IMG/VR virus record: IMGVR_UViG_3300033155_000498
Coordinates: 1 to 64,000 of that record
DNA: 64,000 nucleotides
From: a virus
Strand: one strand, 5' to 3'
Shown here: positions 1-9,244 of the stretch, piece after piece
Layout of the letters: each line of letters starts with the position of its first letter
Position numbering within the stretch: position 1 is the first letter of the stretch
The notes under the pieces: model-generated
The model's database searches: none
What the model saw: the letters and a program-made list of their open reading frames with translations, nothing else
What the model was told of the DNA's origin: nothing
Translations under genes and position numbers: made by a program

Positions 1-1041
1 GCTGAATTTGCGTGTATCTGTAGCATACGCTTTGTCATCAGCAGTGGGACTCATTCGATATGACCATTTACCGCTTTTATTCTTCTTTGTAAGAGTTCTA
101 TAGTCCGGGGTAACGGTCTCGTGATATATCTGCCCATTGGCAGTAGCAAGGAACGGGCTTGCACAATCAAAACTAATTGTAAAATCAGGATTATGTGTGC
201 GTCGAACTGCGCGTTGCAATGCTGTTAGTAATACCGCCCATTCTAGTTTACTTGTTCCTAAGAAATGCATCCAATCTTGTTTGCCTTCTTCAAGTAAACC
301 ATCATGTATCAATGTTATTACTCTTTTAATAGCTAGGTGTGGATCTGCCATGTTAGCACCACCCATTGCCCAGCCTTTAAAATACTTTTCGTGTTTGGTC
401 GGATCGCTGTACTCTTTCATTTCTTCGTACCAACGATCTGCTTCACTATGGTTACCACCTTGTAACACGTTAAGAAACTTTGCATCGTTTGTTGCATGTT
501 TCATAAAGTATTCGTGATTATACCTTGTTGCTTGTACTGCATCATCGTAACTATGTATGCCTGACTTCTTAGCAGACTCTGGATTAGTAAATGTCCACGT
601 CGGAATATCAAGTGTCATGCTATAATCACTAATGCTGCATAACCATTTTAATACAGTGCTTCTGTACTTCTCAGCTTTAGGACAATTAGGATTGTTCCAT
701 TCGCCTTCCCATACGCCCTTTGCAATTTGGAATCCGCCGGAGTCAGCTAACAATAATGTATCGCTGCTACGCTTACGGATCATATCTTCTTTAGCTACTT
801 CCTTGGTTAGATCAAGGTTGGCGTGGCCCGCCGAGTAAAGTGCCTGGTTGTACTTAAATAGACCCTTTTGGTTATTAAAGAAGTTCATCATCTCCATGTC
901 TGGAATGCCGGCTGGCATACGACTTGGTGGTACGTAGTTCGGATCGGATTGTTGCTTGCCTATATACGTGCTGTAGAAGCTACTAATGGCTGGCAGAAAT
1001 ACTGCATAATCTTTTTGTTCGTTAGTTAAGTCTTTTTTCAT
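1..1041 (-). CDS. tRNA-guanine transglycosylase/DpdA-like base-exchange enzyme (3' end runs off the window)
   Basis: Not in the ORF track. Manual translation from ATG 1041 (MKKDLTNEQKDYAVFLPAIS...) shows TGT-fold motifs LADSGGFQ, MTLDIP, FLNVLQGG, WMHFLGT and ISFDCASP. ATGA overlap with the upstream gene. Confidence 0.8.
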   Translation of the reverse strand, partial: MKKDLTNEQKDYAVFLPAISSFYSTYIGKQQSDPNYVPPSRMPAGIPDMEMMNFFNNQKGLFKYNQALYSAGHANLDLTKEVAKEDMIRKRSSDTLLLADSGGFQIAKGVWEGEWNNPNCPKAEKYRSTVLKWLCSISDYSMTLDIPTWTFTNPESAKKSGIHSYDDAVQATRYNHEYFMKHATNDAKFLNVLQGGNHSEADRWYEEMKEYSDPTKHEKYFKGWAMGGANMADPHLAIKRVITLIHDGLLEEGKQDWMHFLGTSKLEWAVLLTALQRAVRRTHNPDFTISFDCASPFLATANGQIYHETVTPDYRTLTKKNKSGKWSYRMSPTADDKAYATDTRKFS

Positions 1042-1292
1042 GATTTATATTTTAACATAAACATTGTTTTATTGCTATCTTTATGGAACTTTACTCCTTG
1101 AATGCCGTAGTAACCGTTGTCTACGATAAGTTTACACCCAAACTCTTCTTCAAACTGCTGTGTTGTCTTTCCGCCTGCGGTATACGCCCTGAGTGCCTTT
1201 GCTAGTAACGCCATGGATAACTCATCGCCTTCTAATATAAACGGGTAAAGGTGTTCATCTACTACATCTGCTGTTAGTTGTACTTGTTCCAT
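1038..1292 (-). CDS. hypothetical protein (C-terminal FMLKY motif)
   Basis: ORF track; translationally coupled to its neighbours. Confidence 0.7.
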   Translation of the reverse strand: MEQVQLTADVVDEHLYPFILEGDELSMALLAKALRAYTAGGKTTQQFEEEFGCKLIVDNGYYGIQGVKFHKDSNKTMFMLKYKS

Positions 1293-1495
1293 TATTCACA
1301 GTTCCATGTTAATCTTGTTGCTGTTTCTGCTTCTTCGGTATACACTTCCACAAACATTAATAACGATCCTACAATGTCTCTAGGCCTAGACTCGTATGGA
1401 ATTAGTGCGTATTTGTATTCGTTAAGTTCTAACCATGCTACTACCTGTTCTAAGTCAACTTTCATGTAGTTTATTTTTATACGTCTTTTATCCAT
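1292..1495 (-). CDS. hypothetical protein
   Basis: Likely start MDKRRI at 1495 (TAATG overlap). Confidence 0.6.
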   Translation of the reverse strand: MDKRRIKINYMKVDLEQVVAWLELNEYKYALIPYESRPRDIVGSLLMFVEVYTEEAETATRLTWNCE

Positions 1496-1686
1496 TATGT
1501 TTCGGCTAGTTTGTGATACGTTGACATAGCGCAACAATGATCAAACGCTGCCTGTAGTTCCGGAAACGCTTTCATTACACTAACTCTGTCATACATTCTA
1601 GCATTTGGAATACTATCCAATACACAATCGTACTCGCGCCATGCTTCTTGTTCGTACTCGGTTAGTGTTCGGTCGCCGCTTATCAT
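1495..1686 (-). CDS. hypothetical protein
   Basis: ATGA-coupled small ORF. Confidence 0.6.
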   Translation of the reverse strand: MISGDRTLTEYEQEAWREYDCVLDSIPNARMYDRVSVMKAFPELQAAFDHCCAMSTYHKLAET

Positions 1687-1976
1687 TTGCGTTTTATGAA
1701 TTGTCTTACTTCGCCTGTTTTCTTAGCTGGCTTCTTTCGTTTAAGCCGACGTTTGAACACGCGGCCAAACATGCCCGCGAACATAGCTTTAATTTCATAC
1801 CATGAGGCCCACCATCCGCCCATTTGATATGCACTACTATACATTATCAATCCGCCAACTGCGACAGTTAATAGTGAACTGATGTGACCGTGCCATAGTA
1901 CATTGTAGGATCCTATTCCTAGGAAAATTAAACCTAGTAGAAACCAAATCTTAGTAAGTTTGCTTGGATGAATCAT
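1683..1976 (-). CDS. small membrane protein (2 TM, basic tail)
   Basis: Two hydrophobic stretches and a K/R-rich C-terminus. Confidence 0.65.
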   Translation of the reverse strand: MIHPSKLTKIWFLLGLIFLGIGSYNVLWHGHISSLLTVAVGGLIMYSSAYQMGGWWASWYEIKAMFAGMFGRVFKRRLKRKKPAKKTGEVRQFIKRK

Positions 1977-2236
1977 TATTCTTTATCCTTTAGTTCTGAG
2001 CTTTTAATTAATTCTACCTGCATACCGTGTGGTATTACGATAATCTTAATGTGTTTATCTTCAAATGCATCGTGGAACACTCTTGAAACATTCTCTATGA
2101 ATTTCCCAAGGGCTGCACTTGGCATATTTGCCGATCCCTCAGGTAATGTTACCAATAATGCATCGCCGTCATCAACATTTATTTTTACTACGTCATCTAG
2201 TGTAACGTTAAATTCGTCTGTCATATTGTTTTCCAT
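1976..2236 (-). CDS. hypothetical protein
   Basis: ORF track; coupled. Confidence 0.65.
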   Translation of the reverse strand: MENNMTDEFNVTLDDVVKINVDDGDALLVTLPEGSANMPSAALGKFIENVSRVFHDAFEDKHIKIIVIPHGMQVELIKSSELKDKE

Positions 2237-2403
2237 TTTAGTTTAAATGCTACTTGTGCTTCTTCGTCCGGGACTTTCCATGCGCTAATAGGTACGAATA
2301 ATGTAGGATGAGTTACTGACTGTCCCATTAACGTACATTTGTAATTATTAGCTTGCATCCAAGCTGTAACTTCGAGCGCATTAGCAGATGTCTTAAAAAT
2401 CAT
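2221..2403 (-). CDS. hypothetical protein (C-terminal AFKLKW motif)
   Basis: Likely start MIFK at 2403. Confidence 0.55.
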   Translation of the reverse strand: MIFKTSANALEVTAWMQANNYKCTLMGQSVTHPTLFVPISAWKVPDEEAQVAFKLKWKTI

Positions 2404-2407
2404 TATA

Positions 2408-2746
2408 CTACGAAGCGCCGCCTGTTCCAACTATTAAATTCTTTAACAGGTAATACCGTTCCCATGCATCTTTTAAGGATTCGTTGTCGGTTTCTACGCC
2501 TTCAACAACTTCGAAGTAGTGCCGTTCCCAAGCTGGCTTTCTATCTATTTGTGCTTGTTGTTTCTCGGTGAGATTGCGGATTGTTTTAATCTGTTCCCAT
2601 GCATCGTTTAACGCAGGATTATCCCGTCGAATCTTTTCCATCGCGCTCAATGAGTTTTCAATCATCTCAGCTTCAATCTTAGCTGCAATTTCTTCTTCAG
2701 TTAACCCTTCTAACGAATCTATGTCTGGTATCACTTGTTGATTCAT
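2408..2746 (-). CDS. PAL-AW-YQ motif family protein (two motif copies)
   Basis: IRRDNPALNDAWEQIK and NESLKDAWERYY; start 2746 via TAATG overlap. Confidence 0.7.
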   Translation of the reverse strand: MNQQVIPDIDSLEGLTEEEIAAKIEAEMIENSLSAMEKIRRDNPALNDAWEQIKTIRNLTEKQQAQIDRKPAWERHYFEVVEGVETDNESLKDAWERYYLLKNLIVGTGGAS

Positions 2747-2961
2747 TATTTCCTTGCTAACTTTAATGTAATTTGATATTTCTCCCATGCGTCTTGGACT
2801 GCTGGGTGTGTTAAGCGCATTATTTCTTCTGCTTGGTCAGCCACTTCTCGCACTAACAACTTATTTTCAAGATCATCAATCTTTTGAGAGTCACCCGCTT
2901 CTACTTCGTACATTTCTTCAATCATATCTGTATCGATTTCTTTATACGTATAAACGTTCAC
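2746..2961 (-). CDS. PAL-AW-YQ motif family protein
   Basis: MRLTHPAVQDAWEKYQITLKL; GTG start via GTGA overlap. Confidence 0.65.
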   Translation of the reverse strand: MNVYTYKEIDTDMIEEMYEVEAGDSQKIDDLENKLLVREVADQAEEIMRLTHPAVQDAWEKYQITLKLARK

Positions 2962-3194
2962 GGCTTCACCATCTTTAAAACAGTTTGATATTTGTCCCAT
3001 GCATCTTTCAATGCTGGGTATGATAATCTCAATAACTCTGCTTCTTTCTGTTCTAATTTTGCTGATAGTATTTCATTGCGGAGTTTAGCATTTTCTATCT
3101 TGTTTAGATCAGCTGCTGGGTCGAGTCGAGCCTTAGCTTCTTCTAACTCTTTATGCATTCGCTGTTCAAGTACCCATGGATCTGTAGTGCTCAT
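2958..3194 (-). CDS. PAL-AW-YQ motif family protein
   Basis: LRLSYPALKDAWDKYQTVLKM; ATGA overlap. Confidence 0.7.
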   Translation of the reverse strand: MSTTDPWVLEQRMHKELEEAKARLDPAADLNKIENAKLRNEILSAKLEQKEAELLRLSYPALKDAWDKYQTVLKMVKP

Positions 3195-3394
3195 TCTACT
3201 AACCTTAATATAGTTTGATATTTGTCCCAAGCATCCAGCAATGCTGGATTTTCATCTCGCAATTTTGCCTGGCCCGACGATTTCATCTTGTATTCTAAAA
3301 GCTCAAGTTTAAGAGAGTGTATTTTATTGTCACGCTTATCAATGATATCGCCATCTACATCGTATTCCATACCATCTGCTAACCATTCACTCAT
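3191..3394 (-). CDS. PAL-AW-YQ motif family protein
   Basis: LRDENPALLDAWDKYQTILRL. Confidence 0.7.
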   Translation of the reverse strand: MSEWLADGMEYDVDGDIIDKRDNKIHSLKLELLEYKMKSSGQAKLRDENPALLDAWDKYQTILRLVE

Positions 3395-3600
3395 TTTGCT
3401 GACAACCTTTTAGTTGCTTGAAACTTTTCATACAAATCTTGCAATGCAGGGTTTTGTCTGCGTAACTCTGCATCCCATTCCAGATGTTGTTCAAGTGTAT
3501 CAATACGTTCTTCAAGCATTTTAAAAACACTTTCGTAAGAGTCACCTGCTGAAACACCTGAAAGTCTATTAGTAGCCATATGAGTAACAGTGTTAGCCAC
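3391..3600 (-). CDS. PAL-AW-YQ motif family protein
   Basis: LRRQNPALQDLYEKFQATKRL. Confidence 0.65.
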   Translation of the reverse strand: MANTVTHMATNRLSGVSAGDSYESVFKMLEERIDTLEQHLEWDAELRRQNPALQDLYEKFQATKRLSAK

Positions 3601-3907
3601 TATTTTCTAGTTCACCTAGAGCGTCGTCTGATTTCTTAACTAATGTGTACACCATTTGATACTGATCATACAACTCCTGCAATGCAGGATTGTTCTTGCG
3701 AAGTACTGCTTCGGTATCTTGCTGAAATGTCATCGCTTCGAGTTGTAACTTTAGATTATCAACTGTTAATTTTAATTCCGTTAGTTCATACCCGGGTTGT
3801 ATATCAATTACTAGCTTGTTGCCACCCTGGTGATTGTTTAAGGTTCCGTCGTACTCTTGTCGATGCTCAACATTAATAAACTGCTGGTCTCCCCTAATAT
3901 CAATCAT
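3593..3907 (-). CDS. PAL-AW-YQ motif family protein
   Basis: LRKNNPALQELYDQYQMVYTL; real start MIDIRG at 3907. Confidence 0.65.
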   Translation of the reverse strand: MIDIRGDQQFINVEHRQEYDGTLNNHQGGNKLVIDIQPGYELTELKLTVDNLKLQLEAMTFQQDTEAVLRKNNPALQELYDQYQMVYTLVKKSDDALGELENSG

Positions 3908-3908
3908 G

Positions 3909-4631
3909 TTACTTACTCTGCGCTGGCAGAATGTATGTGTATTCTGCAATACCGCTATCAACAATAATTTGTGCTGCGCCGTCATCACTGATGCGTAGTA
4001 CCTTATCGCCCGGAAGGCCAAGAATGTTAATAACGTGTGCAATAGGCCAGTGCCAGCTACGTTTTAATTCGCCTTCAACACCAGCTGCAAATATAAAGTT
4101 ACCAGCATGTGTGCTGTGGTCGCCAAAGTAAAATACAAGGTTGCTGTCTTCTGTCTTTGCAATAAAAGTACTTTCGTTTGGGTTAGCCATTGCTTGAAAC
4201 TTCAAACGCTGAATGCTTGCAACTGTTGGTTCAAGCTCAACGTTCCATGACACACCTTTAAACTTAACGGTTTTAAGTTGGTCTTCAACAATCTCTTTAC
4301 TCATAAACCTGTAGTCGTTTGTAAAGTCGCCTGCTGCGTTCTTGAAGTTCATGCTAACTGGACCTTTAACTGCATCCTGTTTAACAGTAATAGTAGCATT
4401 TGTTAAGTACTCGTCAATGCCAAGAATCGTTTTAAGCGTTGACATGTTTGGCATACCAAACGTTCCCTTAAACTCTGAAATTGGATTATGAAATGTTGCC
4501 GTAATAACTACGCTATGATCTTCTGCTAGACCCTCAACGGTTGTTTCGGTGTCTGTACCATTAACCTTAACTAGGTCAATACAACCCAAATCGTGTGTAT
4601 GGGTAATTAAATCTTTTAAATTATCAATCAT
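3909..4631 (-). CDS. DNA polymerase sliding clamp (gp45/PCNA-like)
   Basis: 240 aa; clamp-like pattern ending in YTYILPA; near the DNA polymerase. Confidence 0.65.
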   Translation of the reverse strand: MIDNLKDLITHTHDLGCIDLVKVNGTDTETTVEGLAEDHSVVITATFHNPISEFKGTFGMPNMSTLKTILGIDEYLTNATITVKQDAVKGPVSMNFKNAAGDFTNDYRFMSKEIVEDQLKTVKFKGVSWNVELEPTVASIQRLKFQAMANPNESTFIAKTEDSNLVFYFGDHSTHAGNFIFAAGVEGELKRSWHWPIAHVINILGLPGDKVLRISDDGAAQIIVDSGIAEYTYILPAQSK

Positions 4632-4654
4632 TATTATTCCTCTTATATTCTACA

Positions 4655-4683
4655 ATTATACTTGAATTAGTAAATTTAATCAA
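4655..4683 (-). promoter_or_regulatory. sigma70-type promoter
   Basis: TTGATT-17bp-TATAAT upstream of the clamp gene. Confidence 0.6.
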
Positions 4684-5696
4684 GGCTTTTGATTAAATTT
4701 TTTATTATACTCGATAGATCTGGTTGGGTCGTATTCGGGTTTTACTATCGGGTCACGTTTTATCTCCCCTACTGTCTTACCGCTTTTTATTGATGTAAGC
4801 TCGCCGGGCTTCTTAAGTGCAAGCCAAGAAACACTATCGGTTGCTACTGCATCAATAATTTTAAAATCATAACATTCGCATATTTTCTCTAGCATAGCGC
4901 CGGGTGTGAAACAATAGTTGCCACTTTCAAAAAGTCTCGCTCCAGCAGGTAAATCACAATTGTTGTATGTAAACATTAAATGACCACCTGGTTTCAATAA
5001 CTCAAATGATTCAGTTAAATATTGCTTAATAACGTCCAGTGGTTTAAAGTGCATAAAGTGTTCCATAACTATTAATCCCACTTGCCCTGAGGGAATCGAA
5101 TTAGTAAGAAACTGTTCTTTATTCTCATCGATCGCTTTAAAACGAATTTCGTTATACAGCCCATCTTCTAAATTCTCTTTAAGCCAGTTAGTAATATCAC
5201 ACTGTTCTGCAACATATAAAATGCTTGTGGCTTTCATAGCGTCGAAGAACCTAAGTGAATTGGGTCTAACGTATAATGTTGGATACTGCCATGACGAGAA
5301 TTTACGTATTAACGTATTGAACTTATGGGCAGCTACACTGTCATCAGCAAATTGATCTAGGTCACGACACTTCTGTGCTTGCTCCTGATTAAACCAATTC
5401 TTACTCTCGTCATACATATCATAACTATCGCCGAGCGGCTCTTTAGCTAACTCTTGCATTAAGTCATGCGCGGTTGCTTGCGTTTCGTTGATATGTTCGA
5501 CTAATGATGTAACATCGTTAAGGATATCGTCAATGTCGTTACTAACTAGATCGGCTTCCACTAAGTGTTCACCAGCACCAAATTTATCGATGTTGTCTCT
5601 AATTTGCGAAAGTTTATTGCTAAGTTCTAATAGCTCTGGAGTAACATTCCATGCATCAATAGTTCGCTTTTGTAATAGTAGATCGCTTAATTTCAT
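4680..5696 (-). CDS. class I SAM-dependent methyltransferase-like protein with N-terminal coiled coil
   Basis: QYLTESFELLKPGGHLMFTYNN motif; start MKLSD at 5696. Confidence 0.6.
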   Translation of the reverse strand: MKLSDLLLQKRTIDAWNVTPELLELSNKLSQIRDNIDKFGAGEHLVEADLVSNDIDDILNDVTSLVEHINETQATAHDLMQELAKEPLGDSYDMYDESKNWFNQEQAQKCRDLDQFADDSVAAHKFNTLIRKFSSWQYPTLYVRPNSLRFFDAMKATSILYVAEQCDITNWLKENLEDGLYNEIRFKAIDENKEQFLTNSIPSGQVGLIVMEHFMHFKPLDVIKQYLTESFELLKPGGHLMFTYNNCDLPAGARLFESGNYCFTPGAMLEKICECYDFKIIDAVATDSVSWLALKKPGELTSIKSGKTVGEIKRDPIVKPEYDPTRSIEYNKKFNQKP

Positions 5697-5697
5697 T

Positions 5698-8454
5698 TTA
5701 AAACTCGAATAAGTTACTAAATGTACTTGTTGTGTCTGTATGTGCTCCAAGGTCCCAATTCAACACGCCAAGTAGGTTATCAACCTTTTGATCAACAACC
5801 GTTGCTTCCATTAATGCATCATCAAATGGTAAGTCTTTAAACCATTGCGGAATCTGTGTTTCATCAGTAGGCCGCGCTACGCTTGTTATATTAAGTGGAT
5901 TGTCTTTTAATTTACATATGATTGCTTTGCTACCATCTATAATAGACATTGTAAAGTTATCGTTGTGCATCTTACGTAGATTATTATAATTAAATCCTGC
6001 TCGTACATGCCCTGGTAACCTAGCACTCTCACCTTTCTTCCGTGCGTGGATTTCCTGTGCTGTATACATAGTTAAATTATTAATACGCTTGGGTGATCCT
6101 TTCTCCCATGATGGCAATGCACTAAACTCTTTCTTAAAGGCAAGTATTTGTTCGATTACTTTTTCCTTACCAAGTTCGTTTAGCGTTGAGTCAAGTATCT
6201 CCTTAAGGAACTCCTGAACAACCGGTGGAGTATCACTACGTTTTAAGTCTAATCCCATTGCTTTAACTTTACCGGGTTTGTCGTCAACATCAAGACGTTC
6301 GCCTTCATTGTCGATTACCATAAGTGCATAACGTTTCTTAGTAATGAACAGCCCGATATTTGCAACTGCTTCTCTTCCACACTTAATAAGGTCGCCGTAA
6401 TGTTTCGGACAACCAAATGCCTTGTGCATAAAGCCTGGAAAACTCTTATTAGCTTCAACAGCCAGGCTATCGTATAACGCAATAGCAATGTCTGCATCCC
6501 ACTCCTGCTCGCCTGCTTCAACTGCATCTTTAACCACAGGCCATGCTGTAAAGTAGGCAGAGTCAGTATCGCCATATATAATACATTCGCCGACGTGGTT
6601 GTATTCGCCGGTTAGACATTGGTTGACGTGTGCATCCATATGTTGTGCGATAGCTCTGCCCGTTAATGTAGTTGACTGCCCGATCCGTTTATCAAAGAAA
6701 CGACAGTGCTGATTCAGAATAGCGCCGTACAGTGAGTTCAAGTTGATCTTTTTAACAAGCTGTCGCTTGTCCCAGTACTCAATGTCAGCTGTTAACCCTG
6801 CTGCAATTGCTTGTTTAAGTTTCTTCTGCATTTCCTTACGTTCAGCATACCAACGTTTAAGTAAGCCTGGAATGATGCCCGGGTTCTTCAAACTAAAGAT
6901 AGTACCGTTTGCAGTTACTACCCATGGTTGATCACTGTTAAAGATTAAATCGTATGCGTCCTTGGCAGATATCGTAGAGTCGCCTGCTATCTTAGTAAAC
7001 GATGACAAGTTACTAGATGTTTTTGGTTCCCAGTCAATTGTAACTTGGAAGTCATCGCGTCGATCCATAACTGCCGTGTATTCTAAACTACCAAACAAGC
7101 CTTCCCAGGCCGCTGCGAAACTGCAACCCTTCTTCTTTTTAGTTTTACCACTTGGCAGAGTTATTATCTTGTCTGCCATCTTATCAGCAATGTACTTGTC
7201 TGTTTCAATTGGGCGTAACTGGCCAACAATAGTTTCTGGTGCCATGTTACATGCTTGAATAGCAGACGGATACAGACTGTTAATATCAACAGAACCGATC
7301 CATTTGTGTAATCCTTTCTTCGGGTATGCTACGTATGCACCTGCTGCCTGTGTATGTTCATCTGGACCGTAACGTACCTTGTCCGGAACAACGAAACCTT
7401 TTTCGTGTGCTTCGTTAATAATTGCTTGTTCTGTAACTGCAACCGCTCCCATTGTCTTAGGCAATAGTACAGTGTTTTCGTGTGCAACTGAGTTAGCTAA
7501 GTCAATAAACTTCAGCTTCTGATCTAGCTTATGTAGTAGCAGTGTATCTTGTTGGTTGTACTCAATGAACTTCGGAAAGTCATTGTTGTACAAATCATCA
7601 AGCGATCCATCGTATGCAACTTTGCGTTCGTTTAGCTCGTACTCACCAATTGCATCCAAGCTGTACGAATGCATTTCGTGATATGTGTACTTGCGGTACA
7701 ACTGCATGTAATCTAGATGTATACGACCAATTAAATCGTATGTAATGTTCTCTGCGCCAAATCGTTCAAACGTGCGCTTCTTAGGAAGTTTATTCCATAA
7801 GCAGAAACGGCGCGTATCATCTTTAGATAACGTTCGTGTAATACGATTAACCATATATGGAATATCGTAACCTTCGCTGTTCCAACCACTTAGTACATCT
7901 GCATCTTCAATAATGTCAAGAAAGTCTTTAAACATTTCCTTTTCATCTGTATACAGAATTGTGTTATCGTACCGACTGCAAATTTCCTTTGCTTCTTGTG
8001 GCGACATGTGTCGCGGTGCGATAACTTGTGTAACTAGTGTATTGGACCAATTTAGATAAGTTGAAATTGCCGTTACTTTGTTAAAGGGATCAGTCACAGG
8101 ACTAAACCCTTTTTCCTTGTCGAAGTCTACTTCAATATCAAAGAATGCCGTTTGAAGTACAGGAAATTCTGCTCCCTTGTAGTTTCTTTCTAAACAACGT
8201 GCAATGGGTTGGAAGTCGCTTTCATACAACTTCGAACCCATGTGCATACGTTTTTCTTTTTGATATTCTTTGTGTGAGTTTGATGTAAACTTACCAACCG
8301 GTTTGTCGTACACCGTGCTATGCTTCCCGCGTCGGTCATCATAATAAAATGTGTACTCCGCAGGATACTCAACAAAGACACGCTTGCCATGTAATCGTTC
8401 TACAACATAAACGGTGTCTTTATCTTTGTCGTAGCGGGCGTCGACAAAACTCAT
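5698..8454 (-). CDS. family B DNA polymerase
   Basis: ExoI FFDIEV, ExoII GWNSEGYD, DINSLYPS, KINLNSLYG, YGDTDS, KKRY. Confidence 0.97.
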   Translation of the reverse strand: MSFVDARYDKDKDTVYVVERLHGKRVFVEYPAEYTFYYDDRRGKHSTVYDKPVGKFTSNSHKEYQKEKRMHMGSKLYESDFQPIARCLERNYKGAEFPVLQTAFFDIEVDFDKEKGFSPVTDPFNKVTAISTYLNWSNTLVTQVIAPRHMSPQEAKEICSRYDNTILYTDEKEMFKDFLDIIEDADVLSGWNSEGYDIPYMVNRITRTLSKDDTRRFCLWNKLPKKRTFERFGAENITYDLIGRIHLDYMQLYRKYTYHEMHSYSLDAIGEYELNERKVAYDGSLDDLYNNDFPKFIEYNQQDTLLLHKLDQKLKFIDLANSVAHENTVLLPKTMGAVAVTEQAIINEAHEKGFVVPDKVRYGPDEHTQAAGAYVAYPKKGLHKWIGSVDINSLYPSAIQACNMAPETIVGQLRPIETDKYIADKMADKIITLPSGKTKKKKGCSFAAAWEGLFGSLEYTAVMDRRDDFQVTIDWEPKTSSNLSSFTKIAGDSTISAKDAYDLIFNSDQPWVVTANGTIFSLKNPGIIPGLLKRWYAERKEMQKKLKQAIAAGLTADIEYWDKRQLVKKINLNSLYGAILNQHCRFFDKRIGQSTTLTGRAIAQHMDAHVNQCLTGEYNHVGECIIYGDTDSAYFTAWPVVKDAVEAGEQEWDADIAIALYDSLAVEANKSFPGFMHKAFGCPKHYGDLIKCGREAVANIGLFITKKRYALMVIDNEGERLDVDDKPGKVKAMGLDLKRSDTPPVVQEFLKEILDSTLNELGKEKVIEQILAFKKEFSALPSWEKGSPKRINNLTMYTAQEIHARKKGESARLPGHVRAGFNYNNLRKMHNDNFTMSIIDGSKAIICKLKDNPLNITSVARPTDETQIPQWFKDLPFDDALMEATVVDQKVDNLLGVLNWDLGAHTDTTSTFSNLFEF

Positions 8455-8717
8455 TATTCAGTGCGGCCGACTGTTTCCAATATATTTTCTAACAGTTCAT
8501 AATCTGTAGTAGTTTGATGGAAGGTAGACTTGTGTGCTGTTTTAATAGCTTTATTAAGCACGGAAGGCTTAATGTCCATTTCTTCTGCAATTGCTTTTAC
8601 AGTGTCTTTGAGACCACCACTTAACACTTCAATTTCTGATAATACTGATAGACCTTCACTCATCAAATGCTTGAGTTTGGCTTTTTCTTCTGGGTTAAAA
8701 ATTTTTGTATCTGACAT
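8454..8717 (-). CDS. small dsDNA-binding protein (T4 DsbA/GapR-like)
   Basis: LKDTVKAIAEEMDIKPSVLNKAIK pattern; 87 aa. Confidence 0.55.
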   Translation of the reverse strand: MSDTKIFNPEEKAKLKHLMSEGLSVLSEIEVLSGGLKDTVKAIAEEMDIKPSVLNKAIKTAHKSTFHQTTTDYELLENILETVGRTE

Positions 8718-8741
8718 CTATAATTCTCCTTTCAATGCGTT

Positions 8742-8770
8742 ATTATACTGCATTACTTAACAAATGTCAA
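8742..8770 (-). promoter_or_regulatory. consensus sigma70 promoter
   Basis: TTGACA-17bp-TATAAT driving the DNA-binding protein/polymerase operon. Confidence 0.85.
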
Positions 8771-8780
8771 TACACAAGCC

Positions 8781-8807
8781 AAAAAAATAGGCCCCTAAGG
8801 ACCTATT
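8781..8807 (-). terminator. Rho-independent terminator
   Basis: AATAGGTCC-TTAG-GGGCCTATT followed by a T-run. Confidence 0.8.
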
Positions 8808-8825
8808 GAACTATGGTTGTTTATT

Positions 8826-9218
8826 TTAGAATTCAGTAGTGCCTACTGCTAAACCTAAAATAGTTTTTGGAGTTGGGCTTAACTCAAACCCACGTTTGTC
8901 AGCTTCTGCGGCTAACTTCTTTAAATACGGAACTAATTTCTTTTTATCTTCCGGACCCATACTTTTTGCTTTGGCTAAAAGTCGCTGCCATGTTTTATTC
9001 AACTTAACACCTGACTGTTTACGTGCTGCGTCTTTAGCGGCCTTGATTCCGTATCCAGAGTCTGATGATTTACCAGTACCTTTGAATTCTGGCTGTGGCT
9101 CCCATTCAAGTTCGCCTGCTTCTAATAGTGCTATAGCTGATTTACACAACTTAATTGACTCCTTAAGGGTCTTTGATTTACGTCGTGGACGCTGACTGTA
9201 TAGTTCAAATAATTTCAT
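8826..9218 (-). CDS. putative virion internal protein
   Basis: MKLFEL N-terminus; TAAATA box and GGAG RBS upstream. Confidence 0.55.
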   Translation of the reverse strand: MKLFELYSQRPRRKSKTLKESIKLCKSAIALLEAGELEWEPQPEFKGTGKSSDSGYGIKAAKDAARKQSGVKLNKTWQRLLAKAKSMGPEDKKKLVPYLKKLAAEADKRGFELSPTPKTILGLAVGTTEF

Positions 9219-9244
9219 TCTTAACTCCGATGCTTATATTTAGC

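Noticed and set aside
2746-3230. Recurrent MG(Q/E)I(S/P)N N-termini in the ORF track (2788, 3000, 3230, also 50039), suggesting a conserved leader or frameshift fusions
   Set aside because: They are the alternative-frame reading of the upstream AWDKYQ codons. ATGA/GTGA/TAATG coupling automatically puts the next gene in that frame, and I saw no slippery site.
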